From the NCBI GenBank assembly GCA_964617355.1, contig CAZTXP010000119.1, forward strand, positions 2,186 to 66,185: a stretch of 64,000 nucleotides of DNA, written 5' to 3'. The notes beneath the pieces were generated by a model. The model searched no databases. It saw only the letters and a program-made list of their open reading frames with translations, and was not told the DNA's origin. Origin of the DNA: an uncultured Enterobacteriaceae bacterium (lineage in GTDB: Bacteria > Pseudomonadota > Gammaproteobacteria > Burkholderiales > SG8-39). Positions 17,282 through 25,660 of this stretch are shown here, piece by piece. Position numbers and translations under genes: made by a program. Within the stretch, counting starts at the first letter, position 1. The number at the start of each line of letters is the position of its first letter.

Positions 17282-18327
17282 AGGCGGCGCAGCACGCGCG
17301 TCTCGCCGTGCTTGAGCAGGAAGAAATCGTCGTCCTTCAGTCCCGCCTTCGCGCGCTCGCGCGCAAGTACCTCCGGCGGCTCGGTCAGCGTTTCGTCGGT
17401 GAGGTCGTCGAAGGTGCCCCAGTGGATGCCCAGCGACTGGCGCGCGCGCACGTCGCGGTGGATGCGGACCGCCTCGCCCGGGTCGACGTGCATGATGGAC
17501 ATGAACCAGCGCGGCGCGTAGGCGCCGACGGGGATCGCCGCGAGGTCGAAGCCGCCGAATTTCTCGCCAAGGTCGGCGAAGTCCTTCGAGTAACCGGTGT
17601 CGCCGGCGAAGAAGAACGAGAACGACGGGTGCCGCAGCACCCAGCCGCCCCACAGCCGCCGGTTGGCGTCCCACAGCGAGCGCTTCGACCAGTGCTGCAC
17701 CGGCACGAAGGTGAACTGCACGCCCTTGTAGTCCACCGACTCCCACCAGTCGAGCTCGTCGACGCTCTCGATGCCCAACTGCGCGAACCACTGCTTCGTG
17801 CCGAGGCCGGCGAAGAAGCGCGGCGGGCCGCCGGGCTGCGCGGCGAGGCGCGTCACGGTGGCGATGTCGAGGTGGTCGTAGTGGTCGTGCGAGATCACCA
17901 CCGCGTCGATATGGGGCAGCTGGTCGATCGTCGGCACCGGCGGCACCACACGCTTCGGGCCGGCGAAGGACACCGGCGAGGCGCGCTCCGAGAACTGGGG
18001 GTCGGTGAGCACGTTCAGGCCGCCGATCTGCACCAGCACCGTGGCGTGGCCGACCCAGGTCACGGTGGCGTCGCGGCGGTTGGCGCGCAGCTGCTCGAGC
18101 GAGGGGCGCGCGGTCTCGAAGCGGTAGCCGCCCTCGGGCTTCTTCGGCAGGCCGAGGCGCCACTGCTCGCGCTTCCAGTCCCAGAAGCCGGCCTTCTCGG
18201 GATGCGGGTAGCGGTTGCGGAAGCCTTCCTCGGTGTGGTGCGGCTTGGTCGCGTCGCGGTACGGGCTGACGTAGGCGCAGGCGGCGAGCATCGTCGCCAC
18301 GACGATGTACGGTGCGACGCGCTGCAT
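17278..18327 (-). CDS. MBL-fold metallo-hydrolase (NAPE-PLD-like)
   Basis: MQRVAPYIVVATMLAACAY anchor and ISHDHYDHLD metal motif. ATG 18327-18325 overlaps the upstream TGA by 1 nt. Confidence 0.85.
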   Translation of the reverse strand: MQRVAPYIVVATMLAACAYVSPYRDATKPHHTEEGFRNRYPHPEKAGFWDWKREQWRLGLPKKPEGGYRFETARPSLEQLRANRRDATVTWVGHATVLVQIGGLNVLTDPQFSERASPVSFAGPKRVVPPVPTIDQLPHIDAVVISHDHYDHLDIATVTRLAAQPGGPPRFFAGLGTKQWFAQLGIESVDELDWWESVDYKGVQFTFVPVQHWSKRSLWDANRRLWGGWVLRHPSFSFFFAGDTGYSKDFADLGEKFGGFDLAAIPVGAYAPRWFMSIMHVDPGEAVRIHRDVRARQSLGIHWGTFDDLTDETLTEPPEVLARERAKAGLKDDDFFLLKHGETRVLRRL

Positions 18328-18968
18328 CAGGTGCTGGACCCGCGCCGCTCGCGCAGCAGCGCCTCCACGCCTTCGATGTTCGCTTCCACCCCCGGCATGT
18401 TCGGGTTCACCTCGAGCGCGCGCTTCCACGCGTCGCGCGCCTTCTCGTATTCGTCGAGCGCGAACCAGTTCTGGCCGATGCCCGAGAGCGCGCCGAAGTG
18501 GCCGGGGTTGCGCTTCAGCACCTCGTCGCAGTCGGCGAGCGAGCGGCGGTAGTCGCGCGCGAAGAAGAGCGCCGTGGCGCGCTTGTTCCAGCCCTCGGCG
18601 AATGCCGGCTTGCGGCGGATCACCTCGCTGAAGGTGGCGATCGCGCGCCGGTGGTCGCCCGACTGCATCTGGCCGATGCCGCGCTCGAGGAGCTTGTCGA
18701 CCGCGGCGTCACCCGAGCGGCTCCAGACGATCCACAGCGCGCGCTCGGCGAGCACGCGCACCTGAGGGTGCTCGTCGCGCAGGCGCGGGTGCAGCAGCTC
18801 GGCGTCCTTCATCGCGCCGTGCGTCGCGATCCACGCCACCGCCTCGGCGCGGCGCTCGGCGTCGGCGTGCGCGAGCCAGGTCGTCGCCTCGGCCCGGCCG
18901 GAGGGCAGCTCCGCGTGCGCGAGCGTCGCGACGAGCAGGATGAGGAGGGCGGCGGCGAGGCGGCGCAT
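18327..18968 (-). CDS. secreted TPR-repeat protein
   Basis: MRRLAAALLILLVATLAHA signal. TPR-like A..F..A(L/I)..(N/K)P repeats (FSEVIRRKPAFAEGWNKRA, CDEVLKRNPGHFGAL, WKRALEVNPNMPG). Confidence 0.75.
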   Translation of the reverse strand: MRRLAAALLILLVATLAHAELPSGRAEATTWLAHADAERRAEAVAWIATHGAMKDAELLHPRLRDEHPQVRVLAERALWIVWSRSGDAAVDKLLERGIGQMQSGDHRRAIATFSEVIRRKPAFAEGWNKRATALFFARDYRRSLADCDEVLKRNPGHFGALSGIGQNWFALDEYEKARDAWKRALEVNPNMPGVEANIEGVEALLRERRGSST

Positions 18969-19092
18969 GGCGCCGGGAGTATAGGGGCTCATGCCGCGGC
19001 GAACAGCGCCGGCGCGGCTTCGTTCCATGCCCTCGCGCAAGGCGTGGGCATGGGCGCCGCTGCTATGATCCGCGCTCTCGAGGAGGTGCGAT

Positions 19093-20448
19093 GTGCCGCA
19101 GGGCAGCGACATGAAACGGCCGAACTTCGTCTTCATCATGGCCGACGATCTCGGCCACGCGGACCTCGGCTGTTATGGTGGGCGCGCCATCGCAAGCGAC
19201 GGCGCGGGCGGGCGCTCCTCCTGCTCCCCGGAGCTCGATCGCCTCGCCGCCGAGGGCCTGCGCTTCACCGATGGCTACGCGAATTCGCCGGTCTGCTCGC
19301 CGACGCGCTTCGGCCTGATCACCGGGCGCTACCACTACCGGCTGCGCGGCAGCCACGACGAGCCGATCGCCACGCGTACGCGCGGCAATCCGGTGCTGGG
19401 CTTGCCGCCCTCGCATCCGACCTTTCCGTCGCTGCTGCGCGATGCGGGCTATCGCACCGCGCTGTCGGGCAAGTGGCATCTCGGCTTCCCGCCGCACTTC
19501 GGGCCCTTGAAGAGCGGCTACGAGGAATTCTTCGGCCCGCTTGCCGGCGGCGTGGACTACTTCTCCTACCAGGACAGCGCCGGCGTGCGCGACCTCTGGG
19601 AAGGCGAGGCCGAATCGAAGCGCACTGGCTACCTGACGGACCTCATCTCGGACGCGGCGGTGGACTTCATCGGCCGGCAGAAGGGCGCGAAGGCGCCGTT
19701 CCTGCTGTCGGTGCACTACACCGCGCCGCACTGGCCGTGGGAGACGCGGGACGACGAAGCTGAGTCGCAACGCATCGGGGCGAAGATCATCCACACCGAT
19801 GGCGGCTCGGTGAAGACCTACCAGACCATGATCCGCCACATGGACGAGGGCATCGGGCGCATCGCCGCCGCACTGAAGGCCGCGGGCGCCGACGAGGACA
19901 CGCTGCTCGTCTTCACCAGCGACAACGGCGGCGAGCGTTTCTCGGATACCTGGCCCCTGGTCGGCAAGAAGATGGACCTGCTCGAAGGCGGCATCCGCGT
20001 GCCGTACATCGTGCGCTGGCCGGCGCGCGTGAAGCCCGGCGGCACCACCGCGCAGACCGCGATCACGATGGACTGGGCGGCGACCTTCCTCGACGCGGCC
20101 GGCGTGAAGCCGAATCCGGACTACCCGATGGACGGCACCAGCCTGCTGCCGACGCTCGACGCGCCCGGCAAGGTCGTCGATCGCGCGTTGTACTGGCGCA
20201 TGCTCTTCAGGAACCAGAAGGCGCTGCGCGAGGGCGCGTGGAAGTGGCTGGTGCTGGAGGGCGACGAATTCCTCTTCGACCTGTCGAAGGATTCGCGCGA
20301 GCGCGCGAACCTCGTGAAGCGCTACCCCGAGCGCGCGTCGGCGATGCGCGAAAAATACGAGGCTTGGACGAAGACGATGCCGGCGATCGCGCCGGACGCG
20401 AAGTTCTCGATTCCCTACACCAAGGCCGACCTCGCTCAGCCCGGATGA
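19093..20448 (+). CDS. sulfatase (formylglycine-dependent arylsulfatase family), no signal peptide
   Basis: FIMADDLG and CSPTRFGLITGR (C-x-P-x-R). GGAGG lies 6 nt before GTG 19093. Confidence 0.9.
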   Translation: MPQGSDMKRPNFVFIMADDLGHADLGCYGGRAIASDGAGGRSSCSPELDRLAAEGLRFTDGYANSPVCSPTRFGLITGRYHYRLRGSHDEPIATRTRGNPVLGLPPSHPTFPSLLRDAGYRTALSGKWHLGFPPHFGPLKSGYEEFFGPLAGGVDYFSYQDSAGVRDLWEGEAESKRTGYLTDLISDAAVDFIGRQKGAKAPFLLSVHYTAPHWPWETRDDEAESQRIGAKIIHTDGGSVKTYQTMIRHMDEGIGRIAAALKAAGADEDTLLVFTSDNGGERFSDTWPLVGKKMDLLEGGIRVPYIVRWPARVKPGGTTAQTAITMDWAATFLDAAGVKPNPDYPMDGTSLLPTLDAPGKVVDRALYWRMLFRNQKALREGAWKWLVLEGDEFLFDLSKDSRERANLVKRYPERASAMREKYEAWTKTMPAIAPDAKFSIPYTKADLAQPG

Positions 20449-20497
20449 ACGAGGGGATGCTGCGCTTCCCCTCGTGCTCCCCTAGCAAGAAGAATCT
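20449..20497. repeat. 49-bp element, copy A (contains 8-bp-stem hairpin CGAGGGGA/TCCCCTCG); inverted partner at 22507-22553
   Basis: acgaggggatgctgcgcttcccctcgtgctcccctagcaagaagaatct. Its reverse complement matches 22507-22553 at about 44 positions. Confidence 0.8.
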
Positions 20498-20509
20498 CCT
20501 GCGAACGGC

Positions 20510-20734
20510 TCAAGGATGGCGCCGGCGAAGTTCTTCGCGCAGGCCGCCGAACACCTCGCCGAGCGTCAGCTCCGCATTCCGTAGGATTCGCTTCGCCATC
20601 CGGGTCTCGGGCGGCGCGAGCGGATCGTCGTCGTCGAAGTCCAGCGGACGCCCTTCGCCGGGCAGTCCCTGCAGTTCGCCGCGCGCGACGGCTTCCGCGA
20701 TGCGGTTCTCGCCAATGATCATCAACGCATGCAC
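20510..20734 (-). CDS. DUF1992 (DnaJC28-like) domain protein
   Basis: ENRIAEAVARGELQGLPGEGRPLDFDDD..ETRMAKRILRNAE matches the DUF1992 signature as I recall it. Alternative start at 20722. Confidence 0.7.
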   Translation of the reverse strand: MHALMIIGENRIAEAVARGELQGLPGEGRPLDFDDDDPLAPPETRMAKRILRNAELTLGEVFGGLREELRRRHP

Positions 20735-20736
20735 CG

Positions 20737-20742
20737 TAGAAT
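20737..20742 (+). promoter_or_regulatory. TAGAAT -10-like box, 9 nt upstream of the GGT-family ATG (possible leaderless transcript)
   Basis: gcaccgTAGAATtgtaagcctATG. No Shine-Dalgarno. Only 17 bp separate the two divergent start codons. Confidence 0.35.
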
Positions 20743-20751
20743 TGTAAGCCT

Positions 20752-22491
20752 ATGAGCCGCCGCGCCTATCGCATCCTGCCGACCGAATCGACCACCTTCC
20801 ACCCGCGCCTGATGGGCACGCGCGGCGCGGTGGCCTCCAACAGCAACCTGTCCGCGAATGCGGGCGCCGACATCCTGAAGGCGGGCGGAAACGCGTTCGA
20901 CGCCGCGGTGGCGGCGACCTTCGTCGAGGGCCTCGTCAATCCGCAGATGCACACGCTCGGCGGCGAGTGCCCGATCCTCGTGCGTCCTGCGAGCGAGAAC
21001 CGCGTCTATGCGGTGAACGGCAACATGACGGCGCCGGCGCGCGCGACGCCCGAGGCCTACCTGTCGCGAGGTCTCAAGGACGTGCCCGACTCGGGCATCC
21101 TTGCTGCGGGCGTGCCGGCGGCGTTCGGCGCGCTGATGACGGTGCTCACGCGCTGGGGCTCGATGCCGCTGAAGGACGTGGTCGCGCCGGCGCTGGAACT
21201 CGCGAGGAACGGCTTCCCGGTGTCCGAGGGCCTGCGCAACCAGCACAAGTACGGCATCGCCGACATGCAGCCGCGCTTCGAGAAGGAGTGGCCGGGCAGC
21301 GCGAAGCTCTACCTGCCGGGCGGCAAGCCGCCGGCCGTCGGTTCGGTGTTCCGCAATGCCGCGCTCGCGAAGACGCTCGACTACCTCGCGAACGCGAAGG
21401 ATCCGCTCGCCACGTTCTACAAGGGCGACGTCGCGGCCGAGATCGTGAAGTTCTCGAAGGCGCGCGACGGCCTGCTGGAAATGGAGGACTTCGCCGCGTT
21501 CGAGACCAAGGTCGAGGCGCCGGCGTCGATGAAGCTCGGCGACACCGAGCTCTTCAAGACCGGCTTCTGGTCGCAGGGGCCGGCGGAGCTGCAGACGCTC
21601 GCGATCATGTGGCAGTTCGACCTCGCGAAGATCGGCTTCGGCACGCCGGACTACTGCCACCTGCTGGTCGAGGCGATGAAGCTCGCGTATGCGGATCGCG
21701 ACCAGTGGTACGGCGACCCGGACAAGGTGATGGTGCCGGCCGACACGCTGCTGTCGCACGAGTACGCGGCGGCGCGCGCGAAGCTGATCGACATGCGCAA
21801 GGCCAACCGGCAGCTGCGCCCCGGCGATGCGCGCCGCAACGCCGCGCTGCTGCCGGAAGACGAGATGCTCACGCCGCAGTACTGGGGGCCGGGCACCGTG
21901 CACGTGGACGCGGCCGACCCGAAGGGCAACCTCGCCTCGTTCACGCCGAGCGGTGCCTGGATCTCGTCGGCCGAGGTGATCGAGTCGCTGGGATTCCCGC
22001 TCTCGGTGCGCATGATGACCTTCTACCTGCAGCCGGCGCACCACCCGAACGTGGTGGCGCCCGGCAAGCGCCCGCGCACCACGCTCACGCCGTCGATGGC
22101 GTTCAGGAACGGCAAGCCCTGGATGGCCTTCGGCACCATGGGCGGCGACAACCAGGGCCAGTGGCTGTTGCAGTACTACCTCTGCCGTGCCGCCTTCGGC
22201 ATGAGCATCCCCGAGGCGATCGAGGCGCCGCGGCTGTCTTCGGAACACACCCCGGGATTCTTCGCGCCGCACGCCTCGGAGCCGAACCGCGTGCGCATCG
22301 AGCCGCGCTTCGGCACGAAGGTGCTGGAGGACCTGCGCCGCCGCGGCCACGATCTCGACCTCGCGCCGGACTGGACCGAGGGCTTTGTCTCCTGCACGGA
22401 GTGGGATCCAGACACCGGCCTGCTCGAGGCCGGGTGCGACCCACGCGGGTCGAAGGCGGTGTGCTTCCCCGCGTTCGCGACCGCGTGGTGA
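20752..22491 (+). CDS. gamma-glutamyltransferase family protein (cytoplasmic type, no signal peptide)
   Basis: GAVASNSNLSANAGADILKAGGNAFDAAVA..GGDNQGQ and the autoprocessing site PRTTLTPSMAF. Confidence 0.9.
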   Translation: MSRRAYRILPTESTTFHPRLMGTRGAVASNSNLSANAGADILKAGGNAFDAAVAATFVEGLVNPQMHTLGGECPILVRPASENRVYAVNGNMTAPARATPEAYLSRGLKDVPDSGILAAGVPAAFGALMTVLTRWGSMPLKDVVAPALELARNGFPVSEGLRNQHKYGIADMQPRFEKEWPGSAKLYLPGGKPPAVGSVFRNAALAKTLDYLANAKDPLATFYKGDVAAEIVKFSKARDGLLEMEDFAAFETKVEAPASMKLGDTELFKTGFWSQGPAELQTLAIMWQFDLAKIGFGTPDYCHLLVEAMKLAYADRDQWYGDPDKVMVPADTLLSHEYAAARAKLIDMRKANRQLRPGDARRNAALLPEDEMLTPQYWGPGTVHVDAADPKGNLASFTPSGAWISSAEVIESLGFPLSVRMMTFYLQPAHHPNVVAPGKRPRTTLTPSMAFRNGKPWMAFGTMGGDNQGQWLLQYYLCRAAFGMSIPEAIEAPRLSSEHTPGFFAPHASEPNRVRIEPRFGTKVLEDLRRRGHDLDLAPDWTEGFVSCTEWDPDTGLLEAGCDPRGSKAVCFPAFATAW

Positions 22492-22506
22492 GGCGCGGCC
22501 TGGCTT

Positions 22507-22553
22507 AGATTCTTCTTGCCAGGGGAGCACGAGGGGAGCGCAGGGCCCCTCGT
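22507..22553. repeat. 47-bp element, copy B (hairpin CGAGGGG/CCCCTCG), inverted relative to copy A
   Basis: agattcttcttgccaggggagcacgaggggagcgcagggcccctcgt. Lies between the GGT stop and the convergent Bug stop. Confidence 0.8.
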
Positions 22554-22556
22554 ACC

Positions 22557-23528
22557 TCAGTCCACCTTGAGGTTCGCGCGCCGCACGATTTCGCCCCACT
22601 TGGCGATCTCGGCGGCGACGAAGGCGCCGAACTCCTGCGCGTTGCGCGCATCGGGGATCGCACCGCGCTCGATGATGCGGTCGCGCATCGCCGGCTCGCC
22701 GAGCGCGCGGCGCACGTCGGCGCCGAGCTTGTCGAGTACCGGCTGCGGCGTGCCCTTCGGCGCGACGAGGCCGGCCCAGCCGGCGCCGTCGAAGCCGGGC
22801 CAGCCGAGTTCGGCCACCGTCGGCACGTCCGGCAGTTGCGGTACGCGCTGCGCGACGGTCATCGCGAGCGGGCGGATCTTGCCCGAGCGGATCTGCGGCA
22901 GCGCCGAGGCGAGGCTGTCGACCGCGAGCGGCACCTGGCCCCCGAGCAGGTCGGTCATCATCGGGCCGCTGCCCTTGTAGGGGACGCCCGTGATGTCCAC
23001 GCCGAGGCGCGCCTTGAAGAGCTCGCCGGTGAGGTGCTGCGAAGTGCCGGTGCCCGGGATGCCCCAGTTCAGCTTGCCGGGCTCGCGCTTCGCCGCGTCG
23101 ACGAGGTCCTTCAGCGCTGCGTAGGGCGCGGAGGGGTGCGCGACGATCATCAGCGGCACGATGAACACGCCATTGACCATCGCGAAGTCCCTGAGCGGGT
23201 CGTACGGCAGGTTCGCGTACAGGCTCGGGTTGACGCCGATGGTGCCGCTGGTGCCGAACGTGATGGTGTAGCCGTCGGCCGGGGCGTCGCGGCCGGCGAT
23301 CATGCCGGGAACCCCGCCGCCGCCGCCGCGGTTGTCGATCACTACCTGCTGGCTCCACGAGCGCGACAGCGAGTCGGCCAGCAGGCGCGCGACGATGTCG
23401 GTCGCCTGCCCCGGCGGGAACGGCACGATCATCCGTACCGGCTTGGCAGGGTAAGGGGCCTGCGCCTGCGCGGCGCCGAACGGCAGCGCGCAGGCGAGCA
23501 GGGCGGCGAATGCGAGGGCGCGGCGCAT
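22557..23528 (-). CDS. Bug/TctC-family substrate-binding protein
   Basis: MRRALAFAALLACALPFGAAQA signal followed by PYPAKPVRMIVPFPPGQATD..DGYTITFG. Confidence 0.9.
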   Translation of the reverse strand: MRRALAFAALLACALPFGAAQAQAPYPAKPVRMIVPFPPGQATDIVARLLADSLSRSWSQQVVIDNRGGGGGVPGMIAGRDAPADGYTITFGTSGTIGVNPSLYANLPYDPLRDFAMVNGVFIVPLMIVAHPSAPYAALKDLVDAAKREPGKLNWGIPGTGTSQHLTGELFKARLGVDITGVPYKGSGPMMTDLLGGQVPLAVDSLASALPQIRSGKIRPLAMTVAQRVPQLPDVPTVAELGWPGFDGAGWAGLVAPKGTPQPVLDKLGADVRRALGEPAMRDRIIERGAIPDARNAQEFGAFVAAEIAKWGEIVRRANLKVD

Positions 23529-23542
23529 CGCGGGCCGCGCGC

Positions 23543-24349
23543 TCAGTTGCGCGTCGCCTTCCACTTGCCGCCGGCGCTCGTCGTGCCTTCCATCCCCGCG
23601 GCGGACACGGTGCCGGTGTAGGTCGCGCCGCCCGCGGTGAAGACGATCTCCGTGCCGCGCATCTTCGCGTTCGAGATCGCGTTGCCACGCAGCGTGCCGG
23701 TGAGCTTCTGGAACTCCTGCTTCAGCTCCAGCTTGCCGCCCTCGAGCATCCAGTTGCCGCCGACCTTGGCCGGCACCAGCCAGTAGTACGCGGTGCAGTA
23801 GTTCGGGCAATCCTTGGTGGCCGACACTTCCTGGTCCGGCTCCCAGTCGCCCATGCGGAAGGTGTTCGAGACGATGCGCGTGCCGGGCTTCAGGTCGAGG
23901 ATCTTCGGCCGCAGCTTCATGTTGATGTCGTTCAGGAGGAACATCGTGATCACGGTGGCCTTCGAGAGGTCGGTCTCGAAGAGGTCGGCCTTCATGAACG
24001 TGGCCTTGCCCTCGACGCCGGCGGCCTTCGCGGCCTTCTGCGCCACTGCCACCATGTTCGGGTTGTACTCGATGCCCACCGCGGTGGCGCCGCGCTTCGC
24101 GGCGGTGATCACGGTGCGGCCGTCGCCCGAGCCGAGGTCCATGACAAAGTCTTTCGCGGTGACCTTCGCGGTGTCGAGCATCAGGTCGACCAGGGACTGC
24201 GGGGTCGGCACCCAGACCACGTCCTTGCCGGCCTGCCCGACCTCGGGCTTGAACTCGCCCTTGGCGGCATCCTGCGCGAAGGCGGCTTGGAAGGAGACGG
24301 CAAGCGTGGCGGCGAGCGCGGCACGCAGGGCGAGGCGGGCGGTCTTCAT
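23543..24349 (-). CDS. signal-peptide-bearing class I SAM-dependent methyltransferase-like protein
   Basis: MKTARLALRAALAATLAVSFQAAFA signal. Motif I VMDLGSGDGR. C-terminal ~90 aa is Gly/Thr-rich and beta-type. Confidence 0.75.
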   Translation of the reverse strand: MKTARLALRAALAATLAVSFQAAFAQDAAKGEFKPEVGQAGKDVVWVPTPQSLVDLMLDTAKVTAKDFVMDLGSGDGRTVITAAKRGATAVGIEYNPNMVAVAQKAAKAAGVEGKATFMKADLFETDLSKATVITMFLLNDINMKLRPKILDLKPGTRIVSNTFRMGDWEPDQEVSATKDCPNYCTAYYWLVPAKVGGNWMLEGGKLELKQEFQKLTGTLRGNAISNAKMRGTEIVFTAGGATYTGTVSAAGMEGTTSAGGKWKATRN

Positions 24350-24467
24350 GGCGGAACTCCTGTGAGGGGAGCGCGGATTATCGCGGGTTTTCAGGCGTTG
24401 CTTCGGCGCCACGGTCGTCCGGTGCGCCCTGATAGAATCCCTGGTTCGAAAAATCCCTGCGCATCAG

Positions 24468-25658
24468 ATGCTTCGCTCCATTCTCGCCGCCGTACTCGCG
24501 CTGCCGCTCGTCGCGGCCGCGCAACTCAAGGCCGACTTCGACCTCGGCTCGCAGTGGAAGGTCAATTCCACCGCACGCCTGATGTCGGGGCTTACGCCGA
24601 TGCACCCGGCGCACGTCGAGTTCTCGCATACCGACGCCTGGCAGCAGCACAGCGCGACCATGACCAGTTCGTGGAGCCGGCTGCGCGACAGCCGCATCGC
24701 GGCGATGACCGCGTGGCGCGACGAAGCCGTGTCGAAGTCCTGCCCGGTGGGCAAGACGCTGCTCTACCCGTTCAGCGGCCCGGACTTCTTCAACGCCTAC
24801 TGGATGTTCCCGGAGTGCGAAACCTTCGTCATGTTCGGCCTCGAGCCGCCGGGCGACGCGCCGGAGCTCGAGCGCCTGACCGAGAAGCAGATGCAGCGCC
24901 TGATCGACGACGTGCGCATCGCCACCTCCGACCTGTTCCAGCGCAACTACTTCATCACCGAGCGCATGGCGCGCCAGCTGCACACCGCGCACCTGCGCGG
25001 CGTGGTGCCGCTGGTGATGATCTCGATGGCGCTGTCGGGCATCGACATCCTGCGCGTAGCGCCGTACGACATCGGGCAGCCGCGCCGCGAGCCCCCTGCG
25101 GGCGCGACCGGCAAGCCGATGCGCAACCTGAAGGGCGTGACGGTCGAGTTCCGCGTGCCGGGCTCGCCGACCGTGCGCCGCATGATCTACTTCTCGGTGG
25201 ACGCGACCGACCACGGCCTCGCGCACTACCCCGAATTCGTCGACTGGCTGAAGACGCTCGGCCCGACCACCACGTTCGTGAAGTCGGCCTCCTACCTGCT
25301 CCACGGCAGCAACTTCAGCCTGATGCGAAAGACCGTGCTGGAGGTCTCCGGCTTCATCGTGCAGGACGACTCGGGCGTGCCGTTCTGGGCCTTCGCGCGC
25401 GACTGGGAAGTGCGCGTCTACGGCCGCTACGGCGTGCCGATCCCGCCGTTCAAGGGCGCGTTCCAGCCGGCGCTGGACAAGGTCTGGAAGGTGCAGAACC
25501 CGCAGCCCCTGCCGTTCACGTTCGGCTACCAGTACAACGACCGGCGCGACGAGCGCTCGCACGTGATCGTCGCGCGCCGCGTGCCCGGCGCGATGATCGC
25601 GATGGACGACACCCGCAAGCGCATCACCGCGGCGCGCCGCACGAGCGCGCACCCCTGA
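24468..25658 (+). CDS. secreted hypothetical protein (396 aa)
   Basis: MLRSILAAVLALPLVAAA signal. High GC3 coding signal. Conserved-looking LYPFSGPDFFNAYWMFPECE block. No family recognised. Confidence 0.7.
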   Translation: MLRSILAAVLALPLVAAAQLKADFDLGSQWKVNSTARLMSGLTPMHPAHVEFSHTDAWQQHSATMTSSWSRLRDSRIAAMTAWRDEAVSKSCPVGKTLLYPFSGPDFFNAYWMFPECETFVMFGLEPPGDAPELERLTEKQMQRLIDDVRIATSDLFQRNYFITERMARQLHTAHLRGVVPLVMISMALSGIDILRVAPYDIGQPRREPPAGATGKPMRNLKGVTVEFRVPGSPTVRRMIYFSVDATDHGLAHYPEFVDWLKTLGPTTTFVKSASYLLHGSNFSLMRKTVLEVSGFIVQDDSGVPFWAFARDWEVRVYGRYGVPIPPFKGAFQPALDKVWKVQNPQPLPFTFGYQYNDRRDERSHVIVARRVPGAMIAMDDTRKRITAARRTSAHP

Positions 25659-25660
25659 CG

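Noticed and set aside
12725-18163. 1812-aa minus-strand ORF, the longest in the track
   Set aside because: It lies antisense to fpr, the lipoprotein gene and the PAS-GGDEF-EAL gene. Its translation is Arg/Ala/Gly/Pro/Leu-rich low complexity with no motifs. Stop-free antisense frames are expected at this GC content, and the opposite strand carries unambiguous domain signatures.
24350-24467. Partial match (gaggggagcgc.gg near 24363) to the 47-49-bp inverted-repeat element
   Set aside because: Only about 12 nt match, and both the complementary CCCCTC arm and the agattcttcttgc arm are missing. This is most likely chance similarity in G-rich sequence.
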